Assembly (NCBI GenBank): GCA_050633245.1
Contig: JBOEGD010000017.1
Span: 1-47,317 of the forward strand
Origin: Calditrichia bacterium
Lineage (GTDB): Bacteria > Calditrichota > Calditrichia > RBG-13-44-9 > J075
Length of the DNA stretch: 47,317 bases
Direction of reading: 5' to 3'
Shown here: piece after piece, positions 18,943-29,743 of the stretch
How positions within the stretch are numbered: position 1 is the stretch's first letter
How the letters are laid out: each line of letters starts with the position of its first letter
Translations under genes and position numbers: made by a program
The notes under the pieces: generated by a model
The model's database searches: none
The model's input: only the letters and a program-made list of their open reading frames with translations
What the model was told of the DNA's origin: nothing

Positions 18943-19082
18943 ACAGTATTCCAAAATGGCTCAAACTCAATATTATCAATGCAAATACGTTAATTTATTA
19001 CAACTTACTCCGGTAATCCCCCCTGAAAATAGTGCTGTCGAGAAGTAGAATTTTCTTGTATAATTTATCAAGGAGATTCGTT

Positions 19083-19349
19083 ATGAAAAAGTCCCGATTT
19101 ACTGAAAGTCAAATCTTCAAAATTCTTAGACAAGCCGAAGGCGGAGCGCCTGTTGCTGAACTGTGTCGTGAACATAATATCAGCTCTGCGACCTTCTATA
19201 ACTGGCGTGCCAAGTTTGGTGGAATGGATGTATCCATGATTTCCCGTGTGAAAGAGCTTGAAGCCGAGAATGCCCGTTTGAAGAAGATGTATGCCGAGGT
19301 TCAGTTGCAAAACGATATTATTAAGGATGCGCTTGAAAAAAAGCGCTAA
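19083..19349 (+). CDS. IS3 transposase OrfA (HTH)
   Basis: AAGGAG SD; MKKSRFTESQI...LCREHNISSATFYNWRAKFGGM; -1 frameshift motif A7G at 19336-19343. Confidence 0.95.
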   Translation: MKKSRFTESQIFKILRQAEGGAPVAELCREHNISSATFYNWRAKFGGMDVSMISRVKELEAENARLKKMYAEVQLQNDIIKDALEKKR

Positions 19350-20173
19350 AACCGTCTGAAAGGAAGCAGATGGCAAAAGCCGCAGTCGCCTTGCATGGTG
19401 TAAGCATTCGTTTAGCCTGCAAGGCCTTTGGAGTTAGTGGCACCTGTTATCGTTACCAGCCGAAGCTCAAGGAAGAAAATGAGGTGATTGCCGACTGGTT
19501 GATCCGCTTAACCAGTAGCTATCGCAACTGGGGTTTTGGGTTATGCTTTCTATTCCTTCGGAATGTGAAAGGCTTCGAATGGAATCATAAGCGTGTGTAT
19601 CGGATTTATCGTGATTTGGAATTAAATCTACGCATAAAGCCTAAAAAGCGTCTGGTGCGTGACGTGCCTGATAAACTGGTTGTGCCTGAGCATATAAACC
19701 ATACCTAGTCAATGGACTTTATGCACGATCAACTTGAGGATAGGCGCTGCTATCGCGTCTTAAACATTATTGATGATTTTAACCGCGAAGGATTGGCTAT
19801 AGAAATAGACTTTTCGTTGCCGGCAGAACGAGTTATCCGCACGCTAAATCGGGTGATCGAATGGCGTGGTAAACCTGGGGCTATTCGTTGTGATAACGGG
19901 CCTGAATATGTTAGCGCCAAGCTGATGGAATGGGCAAAGAAGGAAGAAATTGAACTGCTTTATATTCAACCAGGCAAGCCCCAGCAAAATGCTTACATCG
20001 AACGATACAACCGAACGGTTCGATATGACTGGATGAATCAGAATATATTCGCTGGAATAAATCAAGTAAGGGAGCATTCTACACAGTGGCTCTGGCATTA
20101 CAACAATGAAAGACCAAACATGGCATTAGGCGGTATTACACCTGTGCAAAAACGCGCCGCTGCAGCGGCATAG
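19346..20173 (+). pseudogene. IS3 transposase OrfB (DDE) with in-frame nonsense codon
   Basis: Track ORFs 19370-19708 and 19712-20173 are in one frame. TAG at 19706-19708 replaces the conserved Trp of W-SMDF; the motifs DNGPE and [10 protein letters not shown] are present. Confidence 0.9.
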
Positions 20174-20213
20174 AATTCTACTTTCTCCCTGCACTAAATA
20201 TGGGGGGATTACC

Positions 20214-20946
20214 CTGATGCACGACCTCCTGTCGCGCTTCCGGCAACGTAAATAAAGACACGATCAATTATAGTATCATTTTTTACATTTACATCAAGAC
20301 TTTCGGAATTATATAAATTTTCGGCTAAAGCAATCGCATCCGTCATTATTCGTGAATTGTTTTTACCGTCAGTATACTCCGCAAATGTATCAGGTAGCTT
20401 AGCCCAAATAATACTGCTATCAGTTGAGTCCACATGATTAACAATCCCACTGCGAAACATACTATCTACGACACTTGGATGAGTAACTGCAGGAAGCACT
20501 TCGAGGTTGTTATTACTTACTTCCAGAAAATAATCTCGCATTGAACCATACGTTACAATTAAATGCGAGCCTGCATCAGGATGTATTCCAGGCACCTCAT
20601 TTGGATCGATATAAGTCCCCTTGGTAAAAAACATCTCCCAATAGTGATGATAACGGAATTTTTTCTCTATTTTATTTGGAGGTGGGTCGGGTAAGATAGC
20701 ATCCCATCCAATACTACCGCGAGCTAAATCGTTACTATCAGCATCTGCAAACTCTACAAAGAACATAGCAACACGAAGTGTCCTATCCTGATAAACAGGA
20801 GCACCATTCATTAATAAAATGGAATCGGCAGCAGTAAGGTGTTCCGAAAAATTACAAAAAATTTCCGATTCCTGAGCCTTAGCGATACTCATTAAACTTA
20901 CTACAATAAGAATTGCAAAAAATATTACTCTCTTTTCTTCCACCAT
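20214..20946 (-). pseudogene. N-terminal part of an M6/immune-inhibitor-A-like secreted metalloprotease, truncated by IS3
   Basis: GGAGG SD, signal peptide, VAMFFVEFAD...YWEMFF...YGSMRDYFLEVS. The stop codon lies in the IS TIR and no HExxH is reached. Confidence 0.75.
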
Positions 20947-20961
20947 AACTCCTCCGAAAAA

Positions 20962-22614
20962 TTAATTCAAAAGTAGCATTTTTTTGGTACTGGTCTTAAC
21001 ACCATTTATTCGCAATTGATAAAAATAGATGCCGCTGGATAATTCCGATGCATTGAATACGACAGAATAGTTTCCGGAATATTGTCTTTCATTCACGACT
21101 GTAAAGACTTTCTGGCCTAGCAGATTATGAATAGTCAATTCCACCTTATCGCTCTGATGTATATAATATTCAAAGTTGGTAGTTGAATTAAAGGGGTTTG
21201 GATAATTTTGCATTAAGTAGGGCGGCTGTTGTATAACAGTAGAGGGTTGTGGTGCTATATCAGTTAGGACTTCCCCTAGAATACCATTCCGAGATACTTG
21301 CTTCATGTATATTCGTAGGCCCTGAAAGTTTAATACCCAGTTGAGTATTATACCTCCCCGCCCGTCTTCTGTAATTGGAAGAATAGAGAAAGCCGAGCCA
21401 GAAATATCGCTTGTTGACGAATATACCACGTGTCCATTTGACCCCCATAAATATTGACCTGTGCTGTCAATGCGCTGAGCATGAAAAGATATACCCGGCG
21501 TCGGTTTATTCGTCGCGGCGACTCCTATTACCCCACTTTGTAAATCCGAGGCAATTCCCAATATCGAAAAGCAGTCTGAGCAAATCAGAACTGTATCAGA
21601 CCAAGCCAGGGTTCCATCTCTTCTGATTCTATTTAATGGTCTATCTGCAAATACTGCCTGATAATACATGCCTTCCCTGCCATCTGGTGCAAACTTACAA
21701 GGCGCAAGAGAAACTGGTACAACTTCATTACCTTCAAAGGCAACGTTCCCATCAGAAAAGACTCTGTTGTATTGAACTTCTGTAAGCGTTCTGGTGATAC
21801 CATATACCCCTCCGGTTTCGTTTGCCAATGCCAACCCCTTATCATAACCAATGTTGTCCGGAATCCGTCCGATTAAGGTATCAGGCCACAAAACAGTTCC
21901 TGACAAATCGACTTTTTGACGTCTACCGGGAGACGGTGTAGAAAGATTAATAAAGGCATTTCCTTCAGGATTTACTGCACAAACATCGATAAACGTCTCA
22001 TCAAAATAGGTCTCCCACAAAATCGTCCCATCGCTTTCAATTCTCTTCAAGACGCTCATTGCTGTCGTAGAATCATGTGAGAATCCAATAAATACACCAC
22101 CCTTATGATCCGATTTCATATCTCCCAAGAGATGCCCCTCATCGCGCAACGTATTAATTCGCTTGCCATTGGGGCCCATATAGATAGCCCCATTTGAGTC
22201 CACATACTGTATATAGATATCATTGGTAATCGGAGTGAATTCATCATACAATGCATCTCGGTAATCCTGCCAACTCACAAACAAACCACCAGAATTATCC
22301 GGCACAACAGCTCCCCATTGTTTCGGCAGATTGGTCAGGAACCTGCCAAACATTTCCGTTGTATCACCCAATGTTATTCGATTGCCTCCCCAAAGCGGAT
22401 CACCATAGCGATCATATTTCTTGGCATGTAGAGCACCATTCATCAGATAAACAACAAAAACAGATTCATCAAATTCGCTTACAACCACGCGAGGATAAAT
22501 TCCAAAATCAACAAAGATGGCTGAGTCGACCTCCGTAGGCCAAGAGGCATAAGACGATAAAGAGAGCATGCACAAAAACGAGCAGGCAATTATCAACCGT
22601 TGAAAAGAAGCCAT
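20962..22614 (-). CDS. Secreted beta-repeat protein with FlgD-Ig/T9SS-A-like tail
   Basis: Signal peptide; repeated D-x-x-GG..v.W and aQrid..G..lW motifs; QNYPNPFNSTT...LSSGIYFY...KKMLLLN. Confidence 0.85.
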   Translation of the reverse strand: MASFQRLIIACSFLCMLSLSSYASWPTEVDSAIFVDFGIYPRVVVSEFDESVFVVYLMNGALHAKKYDRYGDPLWGGNRITLGDTTEMFGRFLTNLPKQWGAVVPDNSGGLFVSWQDYRDALYDEFTPITNDIYIQYVDSNGAIYMGPNGKRINTLRDEGHLLGDMKSDHKGGVFIGFSHDSTTAMSVLKRIESDGTILWETYFDETFIDVCAVNPEGNAFINLSTPSPGRRQKVDLSGTVLWPDTLIGRIPDNIGYDKGLALANETGGVYGITRTLTEVQYNRVFSDGNVAFEGNEVVPVSLAPCKFAPDGREGMYYQAVFADRPLNRIRRDGTLAWSDTVLICSDCFSILGIASDLQSGVIGVAATNKPTPGISFHAQRIDSTGQYLWGSNGHVVYSSTSDISGSAFSILPITEDGRGGIILNWVLNFQGLRIYMKQVSRNGILGEVLTDIAPQPSTVIQQPPYLMQNYPNPFNSTTNFEYYIHQSDKVELTIHNLLGQKVFTVVNERQYSGNYSVVFNASELSSGIYFYQLRINGVKTSTKKMLLLN

Positions 22615-22798
22615 GGGCCTCCTCCAAATGATAGAATAGATGTGAAAGTAAATGAGGGTTTGTGTATTACTATTTTTAAGATTACTCCTGTTTTTAATCA
22701 GCTAAGAAAAGCTGAAAAAGTCAAGGAGAAGTTTGATTCAATGATTCTTACCGCTATTGTATTACTTACTTAAAAAAATGGCAAAAGCATATCGTTTC

Positions 22799-22834
22799 TC
22801 ACACCCTGCAAACAACTAAATGTGCAGGGTGTGA
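22799..22834. other. 12-bp-stem hairpin after the M43 gene
   Basis: TCACACCCTGCA-N12-TGCAGGGTGTGA with no clear U-tract. Confidence 0.55.
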
Positions 22835-22849
22835 AGCTTGAAATAAAAA

Positions 22850-25800
22850 CTATTGAACGAGTGTCATCTTTTTTGTAGAGACAAAATCATTCGCAACAAG
22901 ACGATAAAGATAAACCCCGGATCCCACACGTTGCCCTGAACTATTTTTACCATCCCAGGTCGTTGTATAACGACCGGCCTCAAGCTGATTCGACATTAAT
23001 TTCTGAATAAGGTGGCCATTGATGTCAAAAACCGTCAACTGAACAAAACCTGTCTGTGGTATCTCAAACTCAATTTGAGTCGTCGGATTAAACGGGTTGG
23101 GGTAATTCTGGAAGAGGGCATAATCTGTTGGAATAGCGGACGTTTTTGTCGCAGCATCTGACGGTTTAACTACGGGTGTTGCAGCTACACGTGCTGTTTT
23201 ATCTTCCTCTACACCTTCATATATCTCAGTGTAGCGTGTATTATCCATTGAGACGAAGTGATTAAATCTGGCCTGAACAATCACATCACGGCCAACCATC
23301 TCCTCCAACGGTATAATTAAATTTAGCTCAAACGGATCTTGTTGACTGGCGTGAGCAATCAGATTAGCAACTGAGATGGAATGCAGTTCTTTTGTGTTAG
23401 ACGGGTTTGTTGGCTCAACCGCTTCAAAGACAATAACCTTTTCATTTAACCATTCCGGTTGGACCTGTCCCCTTTGCTCGAAGTCATGGCCATCGATTCT
23501 TAAACGTAATTTGAAAGCACGACTACTAGCTCTAAAGGGAGTTGTCTCAAAGAAGCTTTGCTTGTTTCGACTTGTTTTGGGGAAGTTTGTATAAGAGGTA
23601 TCCATTTCGACATCAAGAGTAATTGCGCCACCGAAAATGTCATTGGTTCGTGAAATGGAGATATTAGCTAAATCCAGGTCGACACGTCTATAATATCTCC
23701 CATCTCCATTAGTCTTGGCAGTAGGTGAGCTCGTTTTTGATGACGAATATATAGTTCTATTGCCGATAATATACGGAACCGTTGTTTGCTCGGTGGCCAG
23801 CAATCTGATAGCGGAGTTACCGGTATTAAGTGTTGGATGCTGCCCTGAAAAATTACCAAGCACATTTGGAGGAAGCCACCCACTTCCACTATTCACGTTG
23901 TAGAACACTTTATCGTCGATGTCTTCGTAGTATGATAATGCCAAATCTCCCGATGAAGCCTGGTAGGCAATTGTCGGCCTGCGGTAGGATTTATTAAAAG
24001 TTGAAAGCGTTGTTAAAACATCAGCATCATAATCGTAATAATAAACCGGGTTCTTTTGCGATTCATCGCCTTGCCAAACAATATGAATATCGCTGCCGTC
24101 TATTGTAATACTCGGATTTGCAGGATTGGAAATAGAGGAGTAGCCACTGGTCAGACTTTCCGAACTACTCCAGTTCCAAGAAGAGGAGCCATTGGCATCA
24201 CCGGTTATATAGAGGATCTCATCTTCAGAGTCATCTGCCCACACAATTTTGGTGAAATACGACGATGCGCCTCGGTCTATTGAAGGAGTATTTGAACTGA
24301 CGTTAGTTCCCGAAACGGAAAAGACAGAGCCCCAAACACTTGACTGGTTCACATCATGCGTCTGAATTGCGAGTCCGGAATAATGTTCCCAAACCAGCCA
24401 CACTTTATCTCCAGCCTCGGAATGAATTGCCGGATTAGTAGACGTATAGTTCTCATAAACGGTTGAACCTACTGCTTCCTCAGTCCAATTCGTAGACAAC
24501 GTTTTTGTTAAGTACCGTACCTTGTGACGCAAAAGCCCCAAGTACGAACCTTTCTCATCAAAGGCCACATGATAATAATTTGTTCCAAAAGCACTGGAGG
24601 TTGCAATGGTAGGATCTTGAACGGGATTTGCCGATGTACCTTGCCAAAGCTTTTCTTCGTTTGACCAGGTGGAACCACCATTTGTTGAGGTCGTGTAATA
24701 AATAGCATTGTTATCAACATAGACTGCATGCCAGTATCCCAGCCCGTCAACAACGACTTTGCGAGAGCTATTTCCGGAGGTTGCGGATACTTCATTCGAT
24801 GCCAGATGCCCCTTCATGTTGGCTGTTACGGTTGTATTTGTTCCAGTAAATTCTAATGAAGTAGTCGAAGCATTGGCATCGGTAAAGTTAACCCCGCCAG
24901 TTGACGTCCATTCATCGAGAAAATATGATGTTCCATTAATTGATTGGTCTTGCGCCCGAACAGAATAGAATACAGGGTCAACATTGGGATTAACGTTACG
25001 AAAAATACCACCACTACTTTCATCAAACTTTCCTGTTGGAATGAAAGGTAAAGTACTTTCATTTTTAAACTGATTGGGTTGATCATTGTTTACATTACTA
25101 ACATACCATGGATCTTTAAAACCGATTGTTCCACTATTTAGTGAGTTGGTGGAAAAAAAGTTCGTTTTTATTGTTGTTGGGTATAATTGGAAGAAGTTCG
25201 CGGTTTGGTCATCAGTTAGGTTGTTTATTACAAGGTTTGGAAGAGTTAATTTATAGTTGTTTAAGTCTTCGGACCATTCTTGGTGTTTAAAATCTCCATC
25301 AAAACGCTCCTGTTCGGGAGTAACTGAAACAGTCTGTCCCATAGCAGGAAGATATCCACCTGAGTTCAGGTTATTGGTATTCAACCCTTCTACAACTAAA
25401 ATATTTCCACCTGAATTTGCATTGTCAGCTATATTTGTAATCTGAACCCACTCAACACCGCGAAGAGAAGAACGATCAGCCCAAGGTAGATCCGCAAAAG
25501 TGCCTGTAGATATAGCGTTCATTACATTTTTTTGTCCTTGAGAGAATCTACTTCGGCAAGCTCCAGTAAACAAATTCGTTGTCATAAAATTATTTGCGTT
25601 GGGACGCCATTTTGCATCGTTGCCTGTCCAGGTCGGATCATCATAAGGATAAATAGTATCAAAAAAAACACCCGGGCGGTCGTAGTCACATTGTGCATTA
25701 TAATTTGACGTTTTTGGAGAGTTAGGTTCTGCTGGCGTATCTGGTATTAAATCTCCAGTAGTAAACCTGTCCGCATGATCGGGATGTCCAAATGGAGGTT

Positions 25801-26333
25801 CGGGGTCAACATTGTTTAAGTCTCGAACATTGGTATGGTACAATCCGAAAAAATGTCCAAATTCATGAACTAAAGTAGGCGTAAGTGCATTTTCATTTAC
25901 AACAACTACCGCTGGTCTCAGATTAATTACTCCTCTTAGAGTATCCCTTCCAGCAGGAAGTGTCGCATTTCCTCTATCATCTCCACTTGGTACAAAATAA
26001 AGATTTATCGCAGCTTCTGATGTTTTATAACGATTGTAAGTTCCCGTTAAATTGTCCATCATGCTTGGAGAAAAATCAACAAAGGAGGTATTTCTATGAT
26101 AAAGAATTTGTGCAACAAAAGAAGTTTAATGGATCAGCAAAACTTCCAAACGCATCAACGTGATTTAATTGTTCAATAGCTGGTTTAACAAGTGAACTAT
26201 CTAGTGCAGGATTATTGTCATCATATATTAGATGAACAATAACCCCTATTTGATCTGTTTGAGAATAAACTACGTTTAAAGAAGACATAAAATAAATTAA
26301 AACCCCAAAAACAATAAGAGATATACGCTTCAT
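22850..26333 (-). pseudogene. Secreted zinc metalloprotease (M43 pappalysin/ulilysin-like) + BNR-type propeller + FlgD-Ig tail, split by a 1-nt frameshift near 26117-26120
   Basis: HEFGHFFGLYHT zincin, GDLIPDTP, Met-turn NNFM. ORF 26094-26333 supplies the SD and signal peptide. Removing one base of the 4-nt run at 26117-26120 fuses the frames (..PLNFFVAQILYHRNTSFVDFSPSMMDN..). Confidence 0.8.
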
Positions 26334-26345
26334 ACCACCCTCCAA

Positions 26346-27425
26346 TTAATTATTTCTTACTCCGCTAACTATGACTAGCCTTTGAACTCCTTGTGAATAA
26401 TCTTGCCCAACAATAATTACCCGCTCGTCCTTTAAAGCTACTGATACAAATTCGTGATCTATGTTTTGTAATTCAGGATAGTTCCTCCAAGTTCTGCCAT
26501 TGAAATGCCAAACCATTCCGCGCTGGCCAACAATAAAGAGATCGTTGTGAGCTTGGCCACGGACTTTATTAGGAAAGGCTTCCAATTCGAATAGTTCCTG
26601 ACGTGGCGTAGAATTTTCCATAACGTTTTGCCAATAAATCTGTCTCCCCCCGACAATAATAAGAGAGTCATTGCCACAATACCATAAGCTCGATAGCTCA
26701 CCTTGATAGAAGTTACTATTGATTCCACCCTGTTCCCATACAATGCTCCAAGTTTCTTCCTTACCTTTTAGGAGAATGCTCGCGCCTCCTGTTGACTTTC
26801 TCCCACAAATCCAAATCGCTTCAGAATCAGGTGTACCGCCTACATCAGTTAAGCGAATATTTGTTAAGCGATCTGGTTCTTTCCAAATACTATTGCTATA
26901 AAAAAGCAGAAGCCCTTCTGCCCCAACGGAATAGATGTTTTGAAAAGAGTCACCCCAAATTGTAATAGCTATATCTAGAGAGTTGAGGTTACGTTGCCAA
27001 GAAAGTGGAGCATAAGCCCCCCCCTCCTGATGAAAAATGCTACCTGCGGCAAACCAAATATTAGTCTCATCTATTGCCCATACTCCCCGTGCACCAATTA
27101 AAGAATGTCCGGGTTCATCTTCTATTTGTTCAAAAGTCCAACCTGAACTTTTCCATCTCGCAAATCCATATGAAAAACTTTGCCCCAAAGAATCGCTAAA
27201 CGATAGTCTGCCTACAGCTAAAGCTTCCGATTCAGTTAAAAAAACTATATCGTTTAATGTTGTAGTTAGCGGCCCAAGCGTATCAATCTGCCAAACAAAA
27301 TTATGACTTGTTGTATCGACCTTGACATCAGGAGGTGGCGGAGGCGTTGTGTTTTTTGAACAGCTGCAGGCAACGAATATCAAAATCAAATAAAATGACA
27401 TAACAATATCACGCAACATCGGCAA
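26346..27425 (-). CDS. Lipoprotein with beta-propeller repeats (DTTSHNF.W family)
   Basis: Lipobox-like FVACSC, Pro-rich linker, repeats IWG....IY.VG..G...HFNG..W. Confidence 0.8.
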   Translation of the reverse strand: MPMLRDIVMSFYLILIFVACSCSKNTTPPPPPDVKVDTTSHNFVWQIDTLGPLTTTLNDIVFLTESEALAVGRLSFSDSLGQSFSYGFARWKSSGWTFEQIEDEPGHSLIGARGVWAIDETNIWFAAGSIFHQEGGAYAPLSWQRNLNSLDIAITIWGDSFQNIYSVGAEGLLLFYSNSIWKEPDRLTNIRLTDVGGTPDSEAIWICGRKSTGGASILLKGKEETWSIVWEQGGINSNFYQGELSSLWYCGNDSLIIVGGRQIYWQNVMENSTPRQELFELEAFPNKVRGQAHNDLFIVGQRGMVWHFNGRTWRNYPELQNIDHEFVSVALKDERVIIVGQDYSQGVQRLVIVSGVRNN

Positions 27426-27433
27426 AGCCCCTG

Positions 27434-27487
27434 TTGTTAATAGAGAATTGTTAATAGAGAATTGTTAATAGAGAATTGTTAATAGAG
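27434..27487. repeat. 14-bp tandem repeat, ~4 copies
   Basis: (TTGTTAATAGAGAA)x3 plus TTGTTAATAGAG, directly upstream of the lipoprotein start. Confidence 0.95.
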
Positions 27488-27526
27488 TGAATGAGGAGTA
27501 TTTAACACTACATATTTAATTGCTAA

Positions 27527-27560
27527 ATAAGCAAGAGGAATTTATAAGCAAGAGGAATTT
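27527..27560. repeat. 17-bp tandem duplication
   Basis: ATAAGCAAGAGGAATTT x2. Confidence 0.9.
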
Positions 27561-27745
27561 TTAGTAGCTGTTAACAACGACTACCAAGAAGTGGACTTCC
27601 CCAAGAAGGTAGGCAATCTGTTAGAGCTTTTGACTCTATTTTTCCAATTCGATCGATGTTAAATAGCCTACATGGATAGCGTATGTTACAGTATAATTAC
27701 ACTTCAGCGGAATTATACTTCAACTGTTGTGATTTTATCCAAATA

Positions 27746-28354
27746 TTAAACAAGTTCTAGATCCTTTCGATATGAAACAATCTCATCTGCCCCCTGCATT
27801 TTCTCAAAAATTCTATGCTGCCTTCGTCCGGAAATAGCCATATATCGGCTTGTACTTTCAAGTCGTTTATGTCCTAAATGAAACTGAACATCTTTTTGGG
27901 AAAATCCTGCATCCCCCATGTGCACGGCAATAGAATGCCTCAACACATGGGCATGGTGTAACTCTTTTGGGATACCCGCAATTGGAGCATACCGTTTGAT
28001 ATGCCAATCGATTGTCTTTCGGGAAATTGGATTCTTATTTCTGGATAAGAATAAAGGAATATTGAGGTCGCTTTCTATATCTCTAAGATAATATCCAAGC
28101 AAATAAGAAGTATCGGAGAAGAGCATATATTCCCTAGACTTACCATGTTTCAATCGCCAAATCTTAATTCTATTTCTCTCCCATTTTAGGTCTTTTAGCC
28201 TTAATAGGCCAACCTCTGAGGCTCGCAATCCATACTTATACATCATATCAAACATCACTCGATCACGTGGGCTTGTAATCTGTGCAAAAAGCCGTCTGAC
28301 TTGTTCTTGAGTCAGGTACTTCGTCTTTTCTTCAGTCTCTTGATAATGCCACAT
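27746..28354 (-). CDS. Small tyrosine recombinase, FimB/FimE-like (catalytic domain only)
   Basis: 202 aa; KYLTQEQV; GLRASE (R), RLKHG (K), HVLRHS (HxxR), LGH (H), TSRY (Y). No N-terminal arm or core-binding domain. Confidence 0.92.
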   Translation of the reverse strand: MWHYQETEEKTKYLTQEQVRRLFAQITSPRDRVMFDMMYKYGLRASEVGLLRLKDLKWERNRIKIWRLKHGKSREYMLFSDTSYLLGYYLRDIESDLNIPLFLSRNKNPISRKTIDWHIKRYAPIAGIPKELHHAHVLRHSIAVHMGDAGFSQKDVQFHLGHKRLESTSRYMAISGRRQHRIFEKMQGADEIVSYRKDLELV

Positions 28355-28361
28355 AGTCTTC

Positions 28362-28395
28362 CCAACTAGACATTTTAACTAAAGTGTCCAGTTCA
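28362..28395. other. Putative recombination site A (13-8-13)
   Basis: CCAACTAGACATT-TTAACTAA-AGTGTCCAGTTCA; 30/34 identical to the reverse complement of site B; 7 bp from the recombinase ATG. Confidence 0.85.
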
Positions 28396-28397
28396 AG

Positions 28398-28425
28398 ACC
28401 TTAGCATTATCAGAGATAAAGTCAA
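28398..28425 (-). promoter_or_regulatory. Putative sigma70-type promoter of the recombinase, inside the cassette
   Basis: Minus strand TTGACT-16 nt-TAAGGT with extended -10 TGc. The predicted start falls in the inner arm of site A. Confidence 0.5.
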
Positions 28426-28458
28426 TACTCACAGTAATAAATGCAGGGGGTATCTGCG

Positions 28459-29661
28459 ATGAAGAGAGTTTCAATCATAGGTTTAACTATTATCAGCCTG
28501 GTTCTTTTTCCAAGCTGTAGTAAGGACGGTAGCAGCAGTTCAAACGGAAATATTACCTTTACCCCCTCCCCTGCAAAAGGAGTGAGGTATCAAAACATCC
28601 GTCTTCAACTTTCCGAGGAAATACTCTCCGCAACCTGGAGTTCAAGCAATCCAGATATTGCCATTTACATCCGAAACACTTCCTCCTGGGGAGAATTCTC
28701 TTGTAATATGGAAGGAACTGTCACAATCCGTGCAGTTGGAGAAGATAAGTCTGCTGAGACCCAATTGGAAGTCATTCCCAATGGCACTTGGGAAGCCGTG
28801 CCACTGGTATTATCTGGTGCGTTAGACAACCTTAGTGATGTTCAATTTTTTGATGAAATGGCCGGTTGGGCTTGCGGCGGACTAAATGGCCATGCCTATT
28901 ACACTTCAGACGGAGGACAAACCTGGCAGGATCGTCTACCTGCAAGTTTAAATGCCGAATGGATTCATAACGTGTTTTTCCTTAATCAAAGCACCGGTTG
29001 GCTAACAGAGCTATCTGAGGATATATACAAGACAACTGATTCCGGGCTTACCTGGAACCTGCTCCCAAGCATCGGTAGCGGATTAATTAATGACATTTGC
29101 TTTCTCGACGAAAATATCGGAGTCATCGCAATGTCAGGTAGCCAAGATGGTATTCTAAGAACAACCAATGGAGGTAATACATGGACTCAGATCATTGCGG
29201 GTGCATTTTCAAAAATCTACTTCCTCGATTCAGAATATGGATGGGCTATTGAGTCTCGTAAAAATTACAGAACAACAGACGGTGGAGCCACATGGATCGA
29301 AGGCCCCAGAATTCATCCAAGTCCAAGAAGTGCATCACAACTTCATTTTGAAGACCGTAATTCTGGTTGGTTCATAAAATCGGGGAAAATATATACCACT
29401 ACAGACGGCGGTATTACGTATGAGGAAATGTCCTTAGATGGTTTCTCTCCATCTGTTAGCGGTGTATCCGGAATACTTAAACTGAATGACTCCGTCGGAT
29501 GGGCTTTGGTCGGTAACCAATATTATCAAACTGCAGATGGGTTTAAAACGGCGGCCTATCAGTTGTTTAACCATACAACGTCAACTCAAGGAATGGGTTT
29601 TGCCAGAAGTAGACCATATGTGTTTACACAGCGTGGGATTTTGTTTAATGATCGGTATTAA
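28459..29661 (+). CDS. Lipoprotein with Ig-like (Big_2-like) domain and YCF48/BNR propeller
   Basis: MKRVSIIGLTIISLVLFPSC lipobox (ATG 28459; the track starts at 28441); TWSSSNPDIA; repeated F.D...GW and T.DGG.TW. Confidence 0.85.
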   Translation: MKRVSIIGLTIISLVLFPSCSKDGSSSSNGNITFTPSPAKGVRYQNIRLQLSEEILSATWSSSNPDIAIYIRNTSSWGEFSCNMEGTVTIRAVGEDKSAETQLEVIPNGTWEAVPLVLSGALDNLSDVQFFDEMAGWACGGLNGHAYYTSDGGQTWQDRLPASLNAEWIHNVFFLNQSTGWLTELSEDIYKTTDSGLTWNLLPSIGSGLINDICFLDENIGVIAMSGSQDGILRTTNGGNTWTQIIAGAFSKIYFLDSEYGWAIESRKNYRTTDGGATWIEGPRIHPSPRSASQLHFEDRNSGWFIKSGKIYTTTDGGITYEEMSLDGFSPSVSGVSGILKLNDSVGWALVGNQYYQTADGFKTAAYQLFNHTTSTQGMGFARSRPYVFTQRGILFNDRY

Positions 29662-29690
29662 AGTTGATTAACCATATGGGGACAATAGTA

Positions 29691-29726
29691 TTGACATTTC
29701 AACTAAAAGGGTATAGTTTTACTATA
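29691..29726 (+). promoter_or_regulatory. hicBA promoter with overlapping palindromic operator
   Basis: TTGACA-17-TAGTTT; palindrome TATAGT-TTT-ACTATA at 29712-29726. Confidence 0.6.
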
Positions 29727-29743
29727 GAAGTAAGTCAATACTT

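Larger units (their letters stand above)
19012..20213 (+). mobile_element. IS3-family insertion sequence (IS407-like group), transposase inactivated
   Basis: TIRs GGTAATCCCCCC...TAGTGC and GCACTA...GGGGGGATTACC; orfA/orfB layout; no clear target duplication. Confidence 0.95.

Noticed and set aside
18795-19048. Track ORFs 18795-19016 and 18839-19048
   Set aside because: They are chance frames across the tRNA fragment and its insert.
27434-27560. Possible CRISPR array
   Set aside because: The repeats are head-to-tail with no spacers, and there are no cas genes in the window.
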